From: Planctomycetota bacterium
GTDB taxonomy: Bacteria; Planctomycetota; B15-G4; SIAN01
DNA: 64,000 bases
NCBI GenBank assembly: GCA_031409275.1
Contig: JANNXA010000027.1
Location: 114,146 to 178,145 of the forward strand
Reading direction: 5' to 3'
Position numbers and translations under genes: made by a program. The notes under the pieces were generated by a model. That model worked only from the letters and a program-made list of their open reading frames with translations. It was not told the DNA's origin and made no database searches. Of the stretch, positions 42,620-52,022 are shown piece by piece (position 1 is the stretch's first letter; the number at the start of each line of letters is the position of its first letter).

Positions 42620-42844
42620 GTCTTATTCCGATCTTTGATGCGGCGTCCGCCGGCCGGAATGGCCCTGTTTGTCTGTTAATGGCGGAATGTCTGAATCGAT
42701 CTTCGGCGAGTCGAGCGTCTCTCGAGGGGCCTGTATTAGATAAATTGTACTTTCCATAAGATGCTTATTCGTAGTGGATTAAGTTCGATCATCGCCCTCG
42801 AAGATGGCACCTCGAACTGTCCGATAGGCCTCAAGATTCGGACA

Positions 42845-42860
42845 TGGCACGGAGGTTGTT
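42845..42860 (+). promoter_or_regulatory. Candidate sigma54 (-24/-12) promoter
   Basis: TGGCACGGAGGTTGTT matches TGGCACGrNNNTTGCw with correct spacing and one mismatch at -12 (C>T). An AT-rich tract (~42733-42786) precedes it. Confidence 0.55.
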
Positions 42861-42937
42861 CGTGTTCTGTCGGAATCAGACCCGGGGTGCGGTTGTACTC
42901 GGGGTCTCCTCCTGTGCTCGACTCCGAGGAGAACGCC

Positions 42938-43363
42938 GTGTCCAAGGCTCCAAACCCGCGCACGATGTTCGTGATCGTCGCCCTGGTGGTCTGCCTCGTC
43001 GGGACGGACTCGGCGCTGGCTCACGCGACGAAGCCGCTGCCGAAAGTCTCGATCAGCGGAAAGGTTCTGATCGGCGACGCGAAGTCGTTCCATTCCGTGG
43101 CGATCGTCGACCGTCGCCAGGTCTTCGAAGCGATCCCAGCGATTCGGACCCTGCGCGCCGAGAAGACGCCGCGCGACAGCGCCCGCTATCACTTCCTCGT
43201 CTACGAAGCCAATCGGGAGTTCCAGCGCGCCATCACGGCGGCCGCGTCTCGCCGTGGGATTGACCTCGTCGTCGAGGCGGGCGGCGTTCAGGCGGCCGGG
43301 ATCGAAGTTGCCAACCTCAACGAAGACGCGATCGCCTTTTTCAAACCGACGGTGAAGCGGTGA
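42938..43363 (+). CDS. Small exported protein, OmpH/Skp-like (shortened)
   Basis: GAGGAG RBS, GTG start and signal peptide. AIVDRRQVFEAIP...FQRAITAAASRRGIDLVVE...NLNEDAI resembles the Skp N- and C-terminal motifs. Confidence 0.55.
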   Translation: MSKAPNPRTMFVIVALVVCLVGTDSALAHATKPLPKVSISGKVLIGDAKSFHSVAIVDRRQVFEAIPAIRTLRAEKTPRDSARYHFLVYEANREFQRAITAAASRRGIDLVVEAGGVQAAGIEVANLNEDAIAFFKPTVKR

Positions 43364-44766
43364 TGGCGCTTCGTACTCGCCGGACGATCCTCAGCACGAT
43401 CCCGGTGCTGCTCGTGACGTCGGGCTGCGTTTCGGAGCCGAGCCACCCGCGCCCGCGGTCGTTCCATCTCGTCGAGGGTGCTGGGACCGATCGCGTGTCA
43501 CGGACGCGCGGCGCCGAGTTCGCCCGCGGTCCGCGTGCCTTCACGGCGCCCGCCGAGTCCAAAGAGGCTGGCGCCGTCGACGCCGATCGCTCCCAGGACG
43601 CGTTGCAGGCGGAGGTCCTGCCCACCGAGGATCAGCCGGCGTCGAGCCCGTTCCACCGCTTCGAGTGGAACCTGATCCGCAATCCTGACGGGACATTGAC
43701 CAAGCTCTACTACTTCCGCGCGCAGCCCAACGGCCCGGGCGCCAAGAGCTACGTCGAACTGCTGTCGCGCTTCATTCCGGGATTCTCCGGCCTCTCGCCC
43801 GATCAGGACTACTGGATCAAGGAGAAGTTCCTGATCGATCCGCGCAAGGAGAGCCACGAAAACTGGCAGAACGCCGGCGGATCGGGACTCGTGCTCGGCA
43901 ACGGTTCGGTCGCCGATCTTTTCATGGTGACCGGCAGCGAGGACATGCTCCAGCAGATCGACGAGTTCCTCGCCAGCCTGATGGCCGACGTGCCGCAGAT
44001 CGAGATCGAGACGACGATCGTCGAGATCTCGCTCGACGACGAGCTCGCGACCGGCTCGAAGCTTTCGTTCACGCGCGGGACCCCGACCGATCCGTCGGGA
44101 ACGCTGATCCAGGACGTCACGGTCAAGCTGGCCGAGAATCTGGTGAACGGCACCTTCGGGACGTTTCACGCGATCCACGACGAGGTCGTGGTCAACGGCC
44201 TGCTCGAACTGCTGCAGTCGACCACCGATTCTGAGGTGCTCTCGGCGCCGAAGCTCGCCGTGCTGAACGGCCACCGCGCGATCATCGACACCGGTTCTGA
44301 GACGCCATTCTTCACGCCCACCTTCAGCGCGAACGGCGTCTCTTCGATCGTCACTCAGTTCAAGCCGACCGGCATTTCGGTCGTGGTGACGCCCTTCATC
44401 CTCACCGCGGGGATGGTGCAGCTCGAGATCTCGGTGGAGGTCTCGGCGGTCACCGGCTTCGTCACCGCCGCGATCAGTTCGACGGCTTCGGTCGAGAACC
44501 CGCTCATCTCTCGGCGCAACGCGCACACCGTGGTGAACGTGCCGTCGGGCAAGACCGTGATGATCGGCGGGCTCGTCACGACCGACGACATCGAGTCAGT
44601 CGAGAAGGTGCCGTGGCTCGGCGACATCCCGCTGCTCGGCTACCTCTTCAAGCACAAGAAGACGACCTACCGAAAGGCTCAAGTGCTCTTCTTCGTCAAG
44701 CCGCGAATCATGCAGACGAAGCTGCGCGAAGCGGAGATCTACGACCCGGCGGAGGAGCTGCGCTGA
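43363..44766 (+). CDS. Secretin (type II/III secretion system GspD/PilQ family), lipoprotein
   Basis: Lipobox TSGC, PQIEIETTIVEI, VLSAPKLAVLNGHRAIIDTG, TGISVVVTP.I, SGKTVMIGGL and KVPWLGDIPLLGYLFK. Confidence 0.9.
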   Translation: MALRTRRTILSTIPVLLVTSGCVSEPSHPRPRSFHLVEGAGTDRVSRTRGAEFARGPRAFTAPAESKEAGAVDADRSQDALQAEVLPTEDQPASSPFHRFEWNLIRNPDGTLTKLYYFRAQPNGPGAKSYVELLSRFIPGFSGLSPDQDYWIKEKFLIDPRKESHENWQNAGGSGLVLGNGSVADLFMVTGSEDMLQQIDEFLASLMADVPQIEIETTIVEISLDDELATGSKLSFTRGTPTDPSGTLIQDVTVKLAENLVNGTFGTFHAIHDEVVVNGLLELLQSTTDSEVLSAPKLAVLNGHRAIIDTGSETPFFTPTFSANGVSSIVTQFKPTGISVVVTPFILTAGMVQLEISVEVSAVTGFVTAAISSTASVENPLISRRNAHTVVNVPSGKTVMIGGLVTTDDIESVEKVPWLGDIPLLGYLFKHKKTTYRKAQVLFFVKPRIMQTKLREAEIYDPAEELR

Positions 44767-44929
44767 GCGCAGGCGCCAGGGCCTTTTCGTTACGACACTC
44801 ACCCGCGGCCAACTTTTTCGGCCGACCGACGACCTGCCGGGATCCCGCGAAACGAACAGTTCGGGATCCCGGCGGGCCGTCACTTTCGCGCGATCGGTCC
44901 GCGCGCGCTGCGCAGCCGGTCGCCTGCCG

Positions 44930-45670
44930 TCACTCGACCGTGATGGAGCCCGTCTTGATGAAGAGGTCCTCGGTCGGCGGTGCCGGATCGCGCATCTTGC
45001 CGCACGCCTCGATCTTGCTCAGCGCGTCCTGACCGTCGGTCATCTCGCCGTAGACCGTGTACTGGCCATCGAGCGCCGGCGTCGGGCCAAACGTGAGGAA
45101 GAACTGGCTTCCATCCGTGGTCGGGTCCTGGGTGCGCGCGGTGCTCAGCGTTCCCGCTTTGCTGTGCTTCACTTCGGGCTTGATCTCGATGCGCATCTGG
45201 TAGCCGGGGTTGCCGGTGCCGGTGCCGAGTGGGCAGCCGCCCTGCGCCATGAAGCCCTTGATCACGCGGTGGAACTTGAGGCCGTCGTAGAAGCCGAGCG
45301 TGTTGAGGTAGATGCAGCTCGACACGTGCATCGGGGCGACATCGGGCATCAGCTTGATCTTGATGGTGCCCTTGTTCGTCTCCATGACCCAGAAGTAGCT
45401 CTTCTTCGGGTCGAACGTGAGCTGCGGGGGCTTCGGCAGCTTCGACTTCCAACCGTTCTTGGTCGTGTCGATCTTCTGATCGGCGATGAACTTCTTCACG
45501 GTCTCGATTGCGTCACCAGCGGCCACGGCCTTCTCCTCAGGCGCCGCGGCAGGTGCCCCTTGGGTGGCCGGCGCCGCGACCCCCGAGGAGGCCGAGGCGG
45601 ACGCGGGACCGCAGCCGCCGAACAAGCCGCTGATCAGGGACAGGGACGAAAGAAGCGCCATCGTGCGCAT
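44930..45670 (-). CDS. Cyclophilin-type peptidyl-prolyl isomerase, lipoprotein
   Basis: GFYDGLKFHRVIKGFMAQGGCP.GTG.G.PGY, GSQFFL and LDGQYTVYG, with lipobox FGGC. Confidence 0.92.
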   Translation of the reverse strand: MRTMALLSSLSLISGLFGGCGPASASASSGVAAPATQGAPAAAPEEKAVAAGDAIETVKKFIADQKIDTTKNGWKSKLPKPPQLTFDPKKSYFWVMETNKGTIKIKLMPDVAPMHVSSCIYLNTLGFYDGLKFHRVIKGFMAQGGCPLGTGTGNPGYQMRIEIKPEVKHSKAGTLSTARTQDPTTDGSQFFLTFGPTPALDGQYTVYGEMTDGQDALSKIEACGKMRDPAPPTEDLFIKTGSITVE

Positions 45671-45806
45671 CGTGTCGATCCTCGCTTGCGTTTCGGGGTG
45701 GGGGCGTTCGCCGACCGCAAATGCGGTGCACGCCCTGACGAGCGCTTCGGCAGGCGAAGAGATTGGCGGCGGCACGCCTCGGCCGCAAGTGGCGCCCGGC
45801 GGAAGC

Positions 45807-47090
45807 TCACTGCTGCTCGAGGTCGGCGCGTCCGCACTCCATGCCGCTTTCATCCTGGGCGGCGACCCGATAGTGGCCCGGCGGCAACAGCAGCACCGGG
45901 CACGGTTCGCCGGCCTCCACGACGATGCGATCGACGGGGACCGCGCCCTCCCGCTCGCTCGCGCGCCACGCCTCGATCAGCCTTCGTCCCGCGGACGGTT
46001 CGAGCTCCGCCGGGATCTCGGCCGGCTTGCGTCCACCGCTGCGATGGAGCCAGTCGGGACGGCCGTCCACCAACGTGACGGCCGGATGGAAGATCTGCAG
46101 ATCGACCCGGCCGGCGAAGCCGTCGCCATCGACGACGAACGCGCCGCTGCGATCGCGCAAGCAGACGGCGCGGTCGAGCCAGCCGCGGCGTTGCGCGAAA
46201 TGGCGCGCCGCGCTTCCGCGATCGGGCTGGCTGGCCGCCATCTGCTCGGTCTGATCGATCGTCAGCGGATCGATGCCGAGCCGCCGCGCGAGGCGCGCCG
46301 CCATCCAGGCGAGCTCGCGCCCGTCGGCCTGCTTCTCCCAGTTCTCGGTCGCGTGCGAATAGCCGACGTGGATCAGCGCCTTGGCACCCGGATCGGCGGC
46401 GAAGAGGCGCGCCATCAGGTTCTCGCACTGCGCGATCTCGCGTTCGTTGATCGAGTCGGTCACGTCGCCGGTGGGTGCGCCACTCCGTTCGATCTCGTAG
46501 TGGATCGGCTGGTAGCCGAGCTTGAGCGCGCTGCGGATGAAGTCGCCAAAGACCGGTTCGCGCGAATAGAAGCCGCTCTCGAGGAGGGGGTAGCCGCGCG
46601 CCGCGAGCGCCGTCGCGTCGCCGCTGAATGTCTCGCACGCCAGGTAGTGGAAGCCAAGTGGCCGCAACCGCGCCGCGAGCTCCTGGCTGAACGCTCGATG
46701 CTGAGGGACATGATGCGCCTCGTTGATGATGACGACGCGCTGCGTCGCCGCGCGACGCACGATCTCGTCGAGCGCGTCGATCGGCGTGCAGCCTTCCAGC
46801 CGCGCTGCAAGCTCGGCCGACGGTGCCGAACCGCGCCTGCCGGCCATTCGCTCCATCGCCTCGAGCGCTCCAAGCGTGTCGCCGACGAACGACCGAACGT
46901 ATGCCAGACGATCGAGCGCGCGCGGATCGCGCGGACGCACTTCGAGCTCGCGGTCGGTCGCCACCAGCGCGGCGAGGAGCTTGCCCTCGGCGACCAGTCG
47001 ATCTGCGTTGCCGATCGACCGCTCCTCCGACTGCGGTGGGGCGGCCACGACGGCGGCGAGCAGGGCCGCCGCGAACAGGCAGCGGATCAT
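45807..47090 (-). CDS. Exported hypothetical protein (TPR-like N-terminus; ChaN/EreA-like fold possible)
   Basis: Signal peptide, VVIINEAHH.P.HR, LACET, REIAQCENL and HVGYSH. Confidence 0.6.
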   Translation of the reverse strand: MIRCLFAAALLAAVVAAPPQSEERSIGNADRLVAEGKLLAALVATDRELEVRPRDPRALDRLAYVRSFVGDTLGALEAMERMAGRRGSAPSAELAARLEGCTPIDALDEIVRRAATQRVVIINEAHHVPQHRAFSQELAARLRPLGFHYLACETFSGDATALAARGYPLLESGFYSREPVFGDFIRSALKLGYQPIHYEIERSGAPTGDVTDSINEREIAQCENLMARLFAADPGAKALIHVGYSHATENWEKQADGRELAWMAARLARRLGIDPLTIDQTEQMAASQPDRGSAARHFAQRRGWLDRAVCLRDRSGAFVVDGDGFAGRVDLQIFHPAVTLVDGRPDWLHRSGGRKPAEIPAELEPSAGRRLIEAWRASEREGAVPVDRIVVEAGEPCPVLLLPPGHYRVAAQDESGMECGRADLEQQ

Positions 47091-47977
47091 GATTCCAGCG
47101 ACTCCCAGGCAGCGGGGAATCGAATCGGTGAGGAGCGGCGCACGGCAAGCGTCGGCAGCAGCGCCACCAGCAGCTCGCTGGCGAGATCGCGACCAGTGGC
47201 GAGCTCCAGCGCTTCGAGACCGGGCGATCCGTTCACTTCGAGCAGTTCAGGTTCGCGGCCGCCGATCGCATCGACGGCGCCAAACGGCAGACCGACCGCC
47301 GCCACCGCTGCCACGGCGAGTTGGGCCGCGGTGGTGGCGTGGGTGGGTTGCGGTTCGAAACGGCCGCCGCGGTGCGCATTGCTTCGGTACTCGCCGGCCG
47401 CGGGGAACGCGCGCGCGGAAGCGAGCACGCGGCCGGCCGCCACGAGGTGGCGTTCCACTGGGCCGAGCGCGCTGCGATCGGCCTGCACCAGGAAGCTCTG
47501 GCCGCTCGCCCAGAAGAGGTGGCCGACATGGAGCGCTTCGGTCCGATCCGCGACCCGAATCACGTGCGTGCCCTGGGAGCCGCGGCGACCTTTCAAGAAC
47601 CAGGGTGCCCGGCCGAGCGCGTCGAGCGCGGCCGGAAGTTCGTGTGCGCGACGGATCAAGAGCGTCGGCGGGACCTTGATCCCCACGCTTCGCGCCGCCG
47701 CCAGCGTGAGCCACTGGTCCCCGGCGATCGCGAGCGCGCGCCGCGATTGCAGCGGTGTCGCGCCGCTCTGGACGAGGGAGCGCCACGCGCGAAGCACCGC
47801 GGTGCGCGAGAAAGTCCCGGGTCGTGCGATCAACTTCGCGCCGATCAGCCGGTCGTGGCGCGGCAGCGCTGCCGTCGGGAGCAGGAGCGTGACGGTGGCG
47901 CCGAGCGCGCGCGCCGACTCCGCGAGGCGGCGCGGCGTGGGCAGCTCGGGGTCGCTGGAAAGGATCAGGATTTCCAT
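47087..47977 (-). CDS. RimK-like ATP-grasp ligase
   Basis: LKGRRGSQG.HV, GEYRSNAHRGG, GAVD and LEVNGSPGLE. Confidence 0.8.
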   Translation of the reverse strand: MEILILSSDPELPTPRRLAESARALGATVTLLLPTAALPRHDRLIGAKLIARPGTFSRTAVLRAWRSLVQSGATPLQSRRALAIAGDQWLTLAAARSVGIKVPPTLLIRRAHELPAALDALGRAPWFLKGRRGSQGTHVIRVADRTEALHVGHLFWASGQSFLVQADRSALGPVERHLVAAGRVLASARAFPAAGEYRSNAHRGGRFEPQPTHATTAAQLAVAAVAAVGLPFGAVDAIGGREPELLEVNGSPGLEALELATGRDLASELLVALLPTLAVRRSSPIRFPAAWESLES

Positions 47978-48064
47978 GGCTCGATCGGCGGGTGACTCGG
48001 CGCGCGGGGTGCTTGTGGTTAGCGTGTCGTGCCTTCCGAAGTTCCGCACGGTGCAAGGACGCCC

Positions 48065-48565
48065 ATGGGTGTCGAAGACAAGTTTCCGGAGGTGGTTACG
48101 TCCAAGCTCACCGATCTGGTGGGTTGGGCGCGCAAGAACTCGTTGTGGCCGATGCCGCTCGGGCTCTCTTGCTGCGCCATCGAGATGATGGCGACCGTCG
48201 GGCCGCGGTTCGACCTTTCACGCTTCGGCGCGGAGGTCTTCCGCTTCAGCCCGCGCCAGAGCGACGTGATGATCGTCGCCGGCACCCTGACCTGGAAGAT
48301 GGCGTCCGTCGCGCGCCGGATCTACGACCAGATGCCCGATCCCAAGTGGGTCATCGCCATGGGCGTCTGCGCCTCTTCGGGTGGTCTCTATCGAAACTAC
48401 GCCGTCGTGCCGGGTGTCGATCGGATCCTTCCGGTCGACGTCTACACGATGGGTTGCCCGCCGCGGCCGGACACGTTGATCCGCGCCGTCATGGAACTCC
48501 AGAAGAAGATCTCCGAGCTCGCCATCGATGGCCGACGTCCCCGCGAACCCGTCTTCGTCGACTAG
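48065..48565 (+). CDS. nuoB: NADH-quinone oxidoreductase subunit B
   Basis: [40 protein letters not shown] and GCPPRP. Confidence 0.94.
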   Translation: MGVEDKFPEVVTSKLTDLVGWARKNSLWPMPLGLSCCAIEMMATVGPRFDLSRFGAEVFRFSPRQSDVMIVAGTLTWKMASVARRIYDQMPDPKWVIAMGVCASSGGLYRNYAVVPGVDRILPVDVYTMGCPPRPDTLIRAVMELQKKISELAIDGRRPREPVFVD

Positions 48566-49214
48566 TCCTGCGCCGGCGGCTCCGGCCGTCGCCGCGCCAC
48601 CACCACCCGATCCGCTGATCGTCGCGATCACGGCGCTCGGGGCGGAGGTGCTGCCGCCAACGCAAGACCAGCTGCTGGCGTTCCGCGTCGAGCGGGACGA
48701 GTGGCCGACCGTCGCGCGCGCATTGCGCCGCGAGCCGCAACTCTCCTTCGAGATGCTGATCGACGTGGCCGGCGTCGACTTCCCCAAGCGCCAGCCGCGC
48801 TTCGAGGTCGTCTACCACTTGTGGTCGCTCACCTGGAACAAGGTCGTGCGCATCAAGGTCGGAGTGCCCGAGGAGGACCCGCAAGTCGCCAGCGTGGTGG
48901 AGCTGTGGCCGACCGCCGACTGGCACGAGCGCGAGGCGTTCGACATGGTCGGCTTGAAGTTCGCCGGCCACCCCGACCTGCGCCGCATCCTGATGCCGGA
49001 CGACTACCCGTGGCATCCCTTGCGCAAGGACTTCCCCGTCGAAGGGATCGACAACTCGATCTCCTACGTGCGCGCCGGCGGCGTCTTGATGACGCGCGAA
49101 CTCGACGTCGATCGGCCGGCCGGCCAGGATCGCACTCCGGTCGACCTCTCGCACGGGGATCCCGCCGGCTACAGCGACGGCACCCCGACGCTGCCGGAAG
49201 AGGGCCGCGCATGA
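48528..49214 (+). CDS. nuoC: NADH-quinone oxidoreductase subunit C
   Basis: RFEVVYHL and [28 protein letters not shown]...HPLRKDFP. Confidence 0.93.
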   Translation: MADVPANPSSSTSPAPAAPAVAAPPPPDPLIVAITALGAEVLPPTQDQLLAFRVERDEWPTVARALRREPQLSFEMLIDVAGVDFPKRQPRFEVVYHLWSLTWNKVVRIKVGVPEEDPQVASVVELWPTADWHEREAFDMVGLKFAGHPDLRRILMPDDYPWHPLRKDFPVEGIDNSISYVRAGGVLMTRELDVDRPAGQDRTPVDLSHGDPAGYSDGTPTLPEEGRA

Positions 49215-50416
49215 GCACCCTGACCGAGAAGATCGTCACCGTCAACGACCTGCACGAAGAGCGCATGGAACTCTCCATGGGCCCGCAGCACCCGGCCACG
49301 CATGGCGTGCTGCAATGCAAGCTGATCCTCGACGGCGAGAAGGTCGTCTCGATGGATCCAGTGGTCGGCTACCTGCACCGCGGCAAGGAAAAGCACGCGG
49401 AGCACATGACGTATCAGCAGTTCTTCACCCTCACCGATCGGCTCGATTATCTGCAGCCGCTCGGAAACGAAGTGGGGTGGGCGCTGACGGTCGAGAAGCT
49501 GGCCGGGATCGAGGTTCCGGCACGCGCGCAGGCGATCCGAACGATCATCTGCGAGTTCATGCGACTCTCGGCTCATCTGGTCTGGGCCGGCATCGGTGGC
49601 GTCGATACCGGCGCCGTCTCGATGTTCATGTACGCGTTTCGTGACCGCGAGTCGCTGTTCGACCTGATGGACGAGTTGACCGGGCTGCGCACGAATCAGG
49701 AGTACCTGCGCATCGGCGGCGTTGGCGCTGATCTGCCGCCCGAGCTCGTCACCAGGATGCAGCAGTGGGTGGCGCAGTTGCACGGCCACATCGACGAGTT
49801 CGAGATGTTGCTGACCGGCAACAAGATCTTCCACGACCGCATGCGCGGGGTCGGCCAGGTCAGCGCGCAACAGGCGATCGACCTCGGTCTCACCGGACCG
49901 TGCTTGCGTGCCACCGGCGTTGGCGTCGACCTGCGTCGCGCTCGCCCCTACCTGCTCTATCCGCAGCTCGAGTTCGAGGTGCCGGTCGGCACTCGTGGCG
50001 ACGCCTACGACCGCTACCTCGTCCGCATCGAAGAGATGCGGCAGAGCGCGAAGATGCTGAAGCAGCTGCTCGACGGCTTGCCCGCGGGCGACTGGATCGC
50101 CAAGGACTTCAAGAACGTGCTGCCTCCCAAGGGGCGGGTCTACACGTCGATGGAGGAGATGATCCACCAGTTCAAGACGGTGACCGAGTGGTGCCCGCCG
50201 AAGGGCGAGGTCTATCAGGCCACCGAGGCGGCGAACGGCGAGCTCGGTTTCTACGTGCTGAGCGCCGGCGCGTCGCATCCCTACCGCGTCAAGATCCGCT
50301 CGCCTTCGTTCATCAACCTGCAGGCGTTGAAGCCGATGAGTGTGGGCTCGTACTTCAGCGACATCGTGGCGATCATCGCGTCGCTGCACTTCATCATGGG
50401 GGAGTGCGACCGATGA
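49211..50416 (+). CDS. nuoD: NADH-quinone oxidoreductase subunit D
   Basis: MGPQHPATHGVL, GYLHRGKEK, DRLDY, GDAYDRY..R.EEM and terminal GECDR. No NiFe CxxC motifs. Confidence 0.94.
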   Translation: MSTLTEKIVTVNDLHEERMELSMGPQHPATHGVLQCKLILDGEKVVSMDPVVGYLHRGKEKHAEHMTYQQFFTLTDRLDYLQPLGNEVGWALTVEKLAGIEVPARAQAIRTIICEFMRLSAHLVWAGIGGVDTGAVSMFMYAFRDRESLFDLMDELTGLRTNQEYLRIGGVGADLPPELVTRMQQWVAQLHGHIDEFEMLLTGNKIFHDRMRGVGQVSAQQAIDLGLTGPCLRATGVGVDLRRARPYLLYPQLEFEVPVGTRGDAYDRYLVRIEEMRQSAKMLKQLLDGLPAGDWIAKDFKNVLPPKGRVYTSMEEMIHQFKTVTEWCPPKGEVYQATEAANGELGFYVLSAGASHPYRVKIRSPSFINLQALKPMSVGSYFSDIVAIIASLHFIMGECDR

Positions 50417-51087
50417 GCGCGAACGTCGATTCCGCCACCGGCGCGCCGGCGCTCGCGCCGCCGACCGCCTTGCCGCGTTTCGCGGCCGCCGTCGCGCACC
50501 CGAAGGTGATGCAGCGCACCCTCACGCTGAACGAGCGGCTCTTCATCGGTCCGTTCCTGAAGGCGCTCAAGTTCACCTTCATGCGGATGTTCCAGAAGGA
50601 CATCACGCGCCGCTACCCCGAGCAGAAGATGGAGATCAAGCCCACTCTGCACGGCGTGCCGGTACTTGTGATGAAGGCCGATGGCTCGCCGCGTTGCGTC
50701 GCGTGCGGGCTGTGCGAGTTCGTCTGCCCGCCGCGCGCCATCGACATCACGCCCGGCGAGACCGACCGCCCGATCGAGCGCGAACCGAAGGCGTTCGTGA
50801 TCGACATGCTGCGCTGCATCGAGTGCAGCTACTGCGAAGAGGTCTGCCCGGAAGAGGCGATCGTGATGTCGAGCGACTACGAAGTGGTCGGGCGGCGCCG
50901 CGAGGACTTCGTCTGGAACCTGAAGAAGCTGCTCAAGCCGGTCGCGCAGTTGCAGTCGCGCATCGATTGGATCCGCAAGACCTACAAGCGCTGGGATGCG
51001 GGAGCCGACGCGAGCGCGCCGCCGGAGGGCGGGGTCTATCGCGATCCGCGCTGGGCGGGGAAGAGCAAGCCGGTCGATCACCACTGA
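50413..51087 (+). CDS. nuoI: NADH-quinone oxidoreductase subunit I (2x[4Fe-4S])
   Basis: CVACGLCEFVCP and IDMLRCIECSYCEEVCPEEAI. Confidence 0.9.
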   Translation: MSANVDSATGAPALAPPTALPRFAAAVAHPKVMQRTLTLNERLFIGPFLKALKFTFMRMFQKDITRRYPEQKMEIKPTLHGVPVLVMKADGSPRCVACGLCEFVCPPRAIDITPGETDRPIEREPKAFVIDMLRCIECSYCEEVCPEEAIVMSSDYEVVGRRREDFVWNLKKLLKPVAQLQSRIDWIRKTYKRWDAGADASAPPEGGVYRDPRWAGKSKPVDHH

Positions 51088-51162
51088 GCGCGGGGCAGTT
51101 CGAACCGTTCATCGTGGGGCGCGTTCTTTCGGGGCATCTCGTATCCCCCGAAGGAGCTTGCG

Positions 51163-51639
51163 ATGGCAAAGCGCGACGAAGAGCGCGGGGCGGCGATGCC
51201 GGCGCTCGACATGACGCCGATGATCGACTGCACGTTCAACCTGCTGATCTTCTTCCTCTGCAACATCAACTTCCGCGCGCTCGAGGGGAAGCTGCCGGCG
51301 TTCCTGCCGAGGGACGTTGGCGTGAACAGCGTGAAGCCCCATTCGGAGTTGGAGCCGCTCGAGATCCGCGTCGACCGCACGCACCCCGCTGCGGTCCGTG
51401 ATCCGCAGTGGAGCTGGCGCTTCGACCAGATCGTGGTGCGCGTCCAGGGCAAGCGCGTCGAGTCGCCGGAGGAGCTCGCGCGGGTGCTGGAGACGGTGCG
51501 ACGCGCCGAACCGGGTGGACGCGCCGTCCTGCGGATGGGGCGCGGCTCGCTCTACATCGACGCTGTCAAAGTGCTCGACGAGTGCCTGCGCGCGCGGTTG
51601 CTCGACGTCGCATTCGCGGGCGTGTCCCTCGACGCATGA
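51163..51639 (+). CDS. ExbD/TolR family biopolymer transport protein
   Basis: LDMTPMIDCTFNLLIFF motif. Confidence 0.85.
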   Translation: MAKRDEERGAAMPALDMTPMIDCTFNLLIFFLCNINFRALEGKLPAFLPRDVGVNSVKPHSELEPLEIRVDRTHPAAVRDPQWSWRFDQIVVRVQGKRVESPEELARVLETVRRAEPGGRAVLRMGRGSLYIDAVKVLDECLRARLLDVAFAGVSLDA

Positions 51640-51660
51640 GGTCCCGCACGCCGTCGTAAG

Positions 51661-51737
51661 TGGTAGCGGGGACCGGAGTTGAACCGGTTACCTGCGGGTT
51701 ATGAATCCGCCGCTCTAACCAAATGAGCTACCCCGCC
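51661..51737 (-). tRNA. tRNA-Met(CAT), probably elongator
   Basis: Reverse complement GGCGGGGTAGCTCATTTGGTTAGAGCGGCGGATTCATAACCCGCAGGTAACCGGTTCAACTCCGGTCCCCGCTACCA folds as a cloverleaf with anticodon CAT and encoded CCA. It has no C1:A72 mismatch or GGG/CCC anticodon stem, so it is not fMet. Ile2 is not formally excluded. Confidence 0.93.
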
Positions 51738-52022
51738 GCGAAAGAGGGCGAGCTTTATACCGATGGCGGGCGCCTCTCGAAATCGCCCGCTTTTCGGACG
51801 GGGCGCCGACGGAGCCGCGGGCGTCGAAGCGGCTCGGCGACGGGCATTCCCCTGGGGCTCGAACGCGTCCGTGAGGTTGTTAGTTATTAGTTTGCATGAA
51901 CCGGGCTGCTTGGTTGCGACCCCGTTCACCGCCGTCTAAGACTCCGAGGTCGATTCGGGGTCAGCGAAGGCGGTGCAAAGTGCTGCGCCTGGCGCTCCGC
52001 AGCGATCGAAAACGTCAACAAA

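Noticed and set aside
48065..51087. Group 4 NiFe hydrogenase
   Set aside because: The large subunit has DRLDY and GECDR, with no Ni-binding CxxC pairs.
51640..51760. tRNA as an integration site for a genomic island
   Set aside because: I saw no duplicated tRNA 3' end, and no adjacent phage-type integrase is present.
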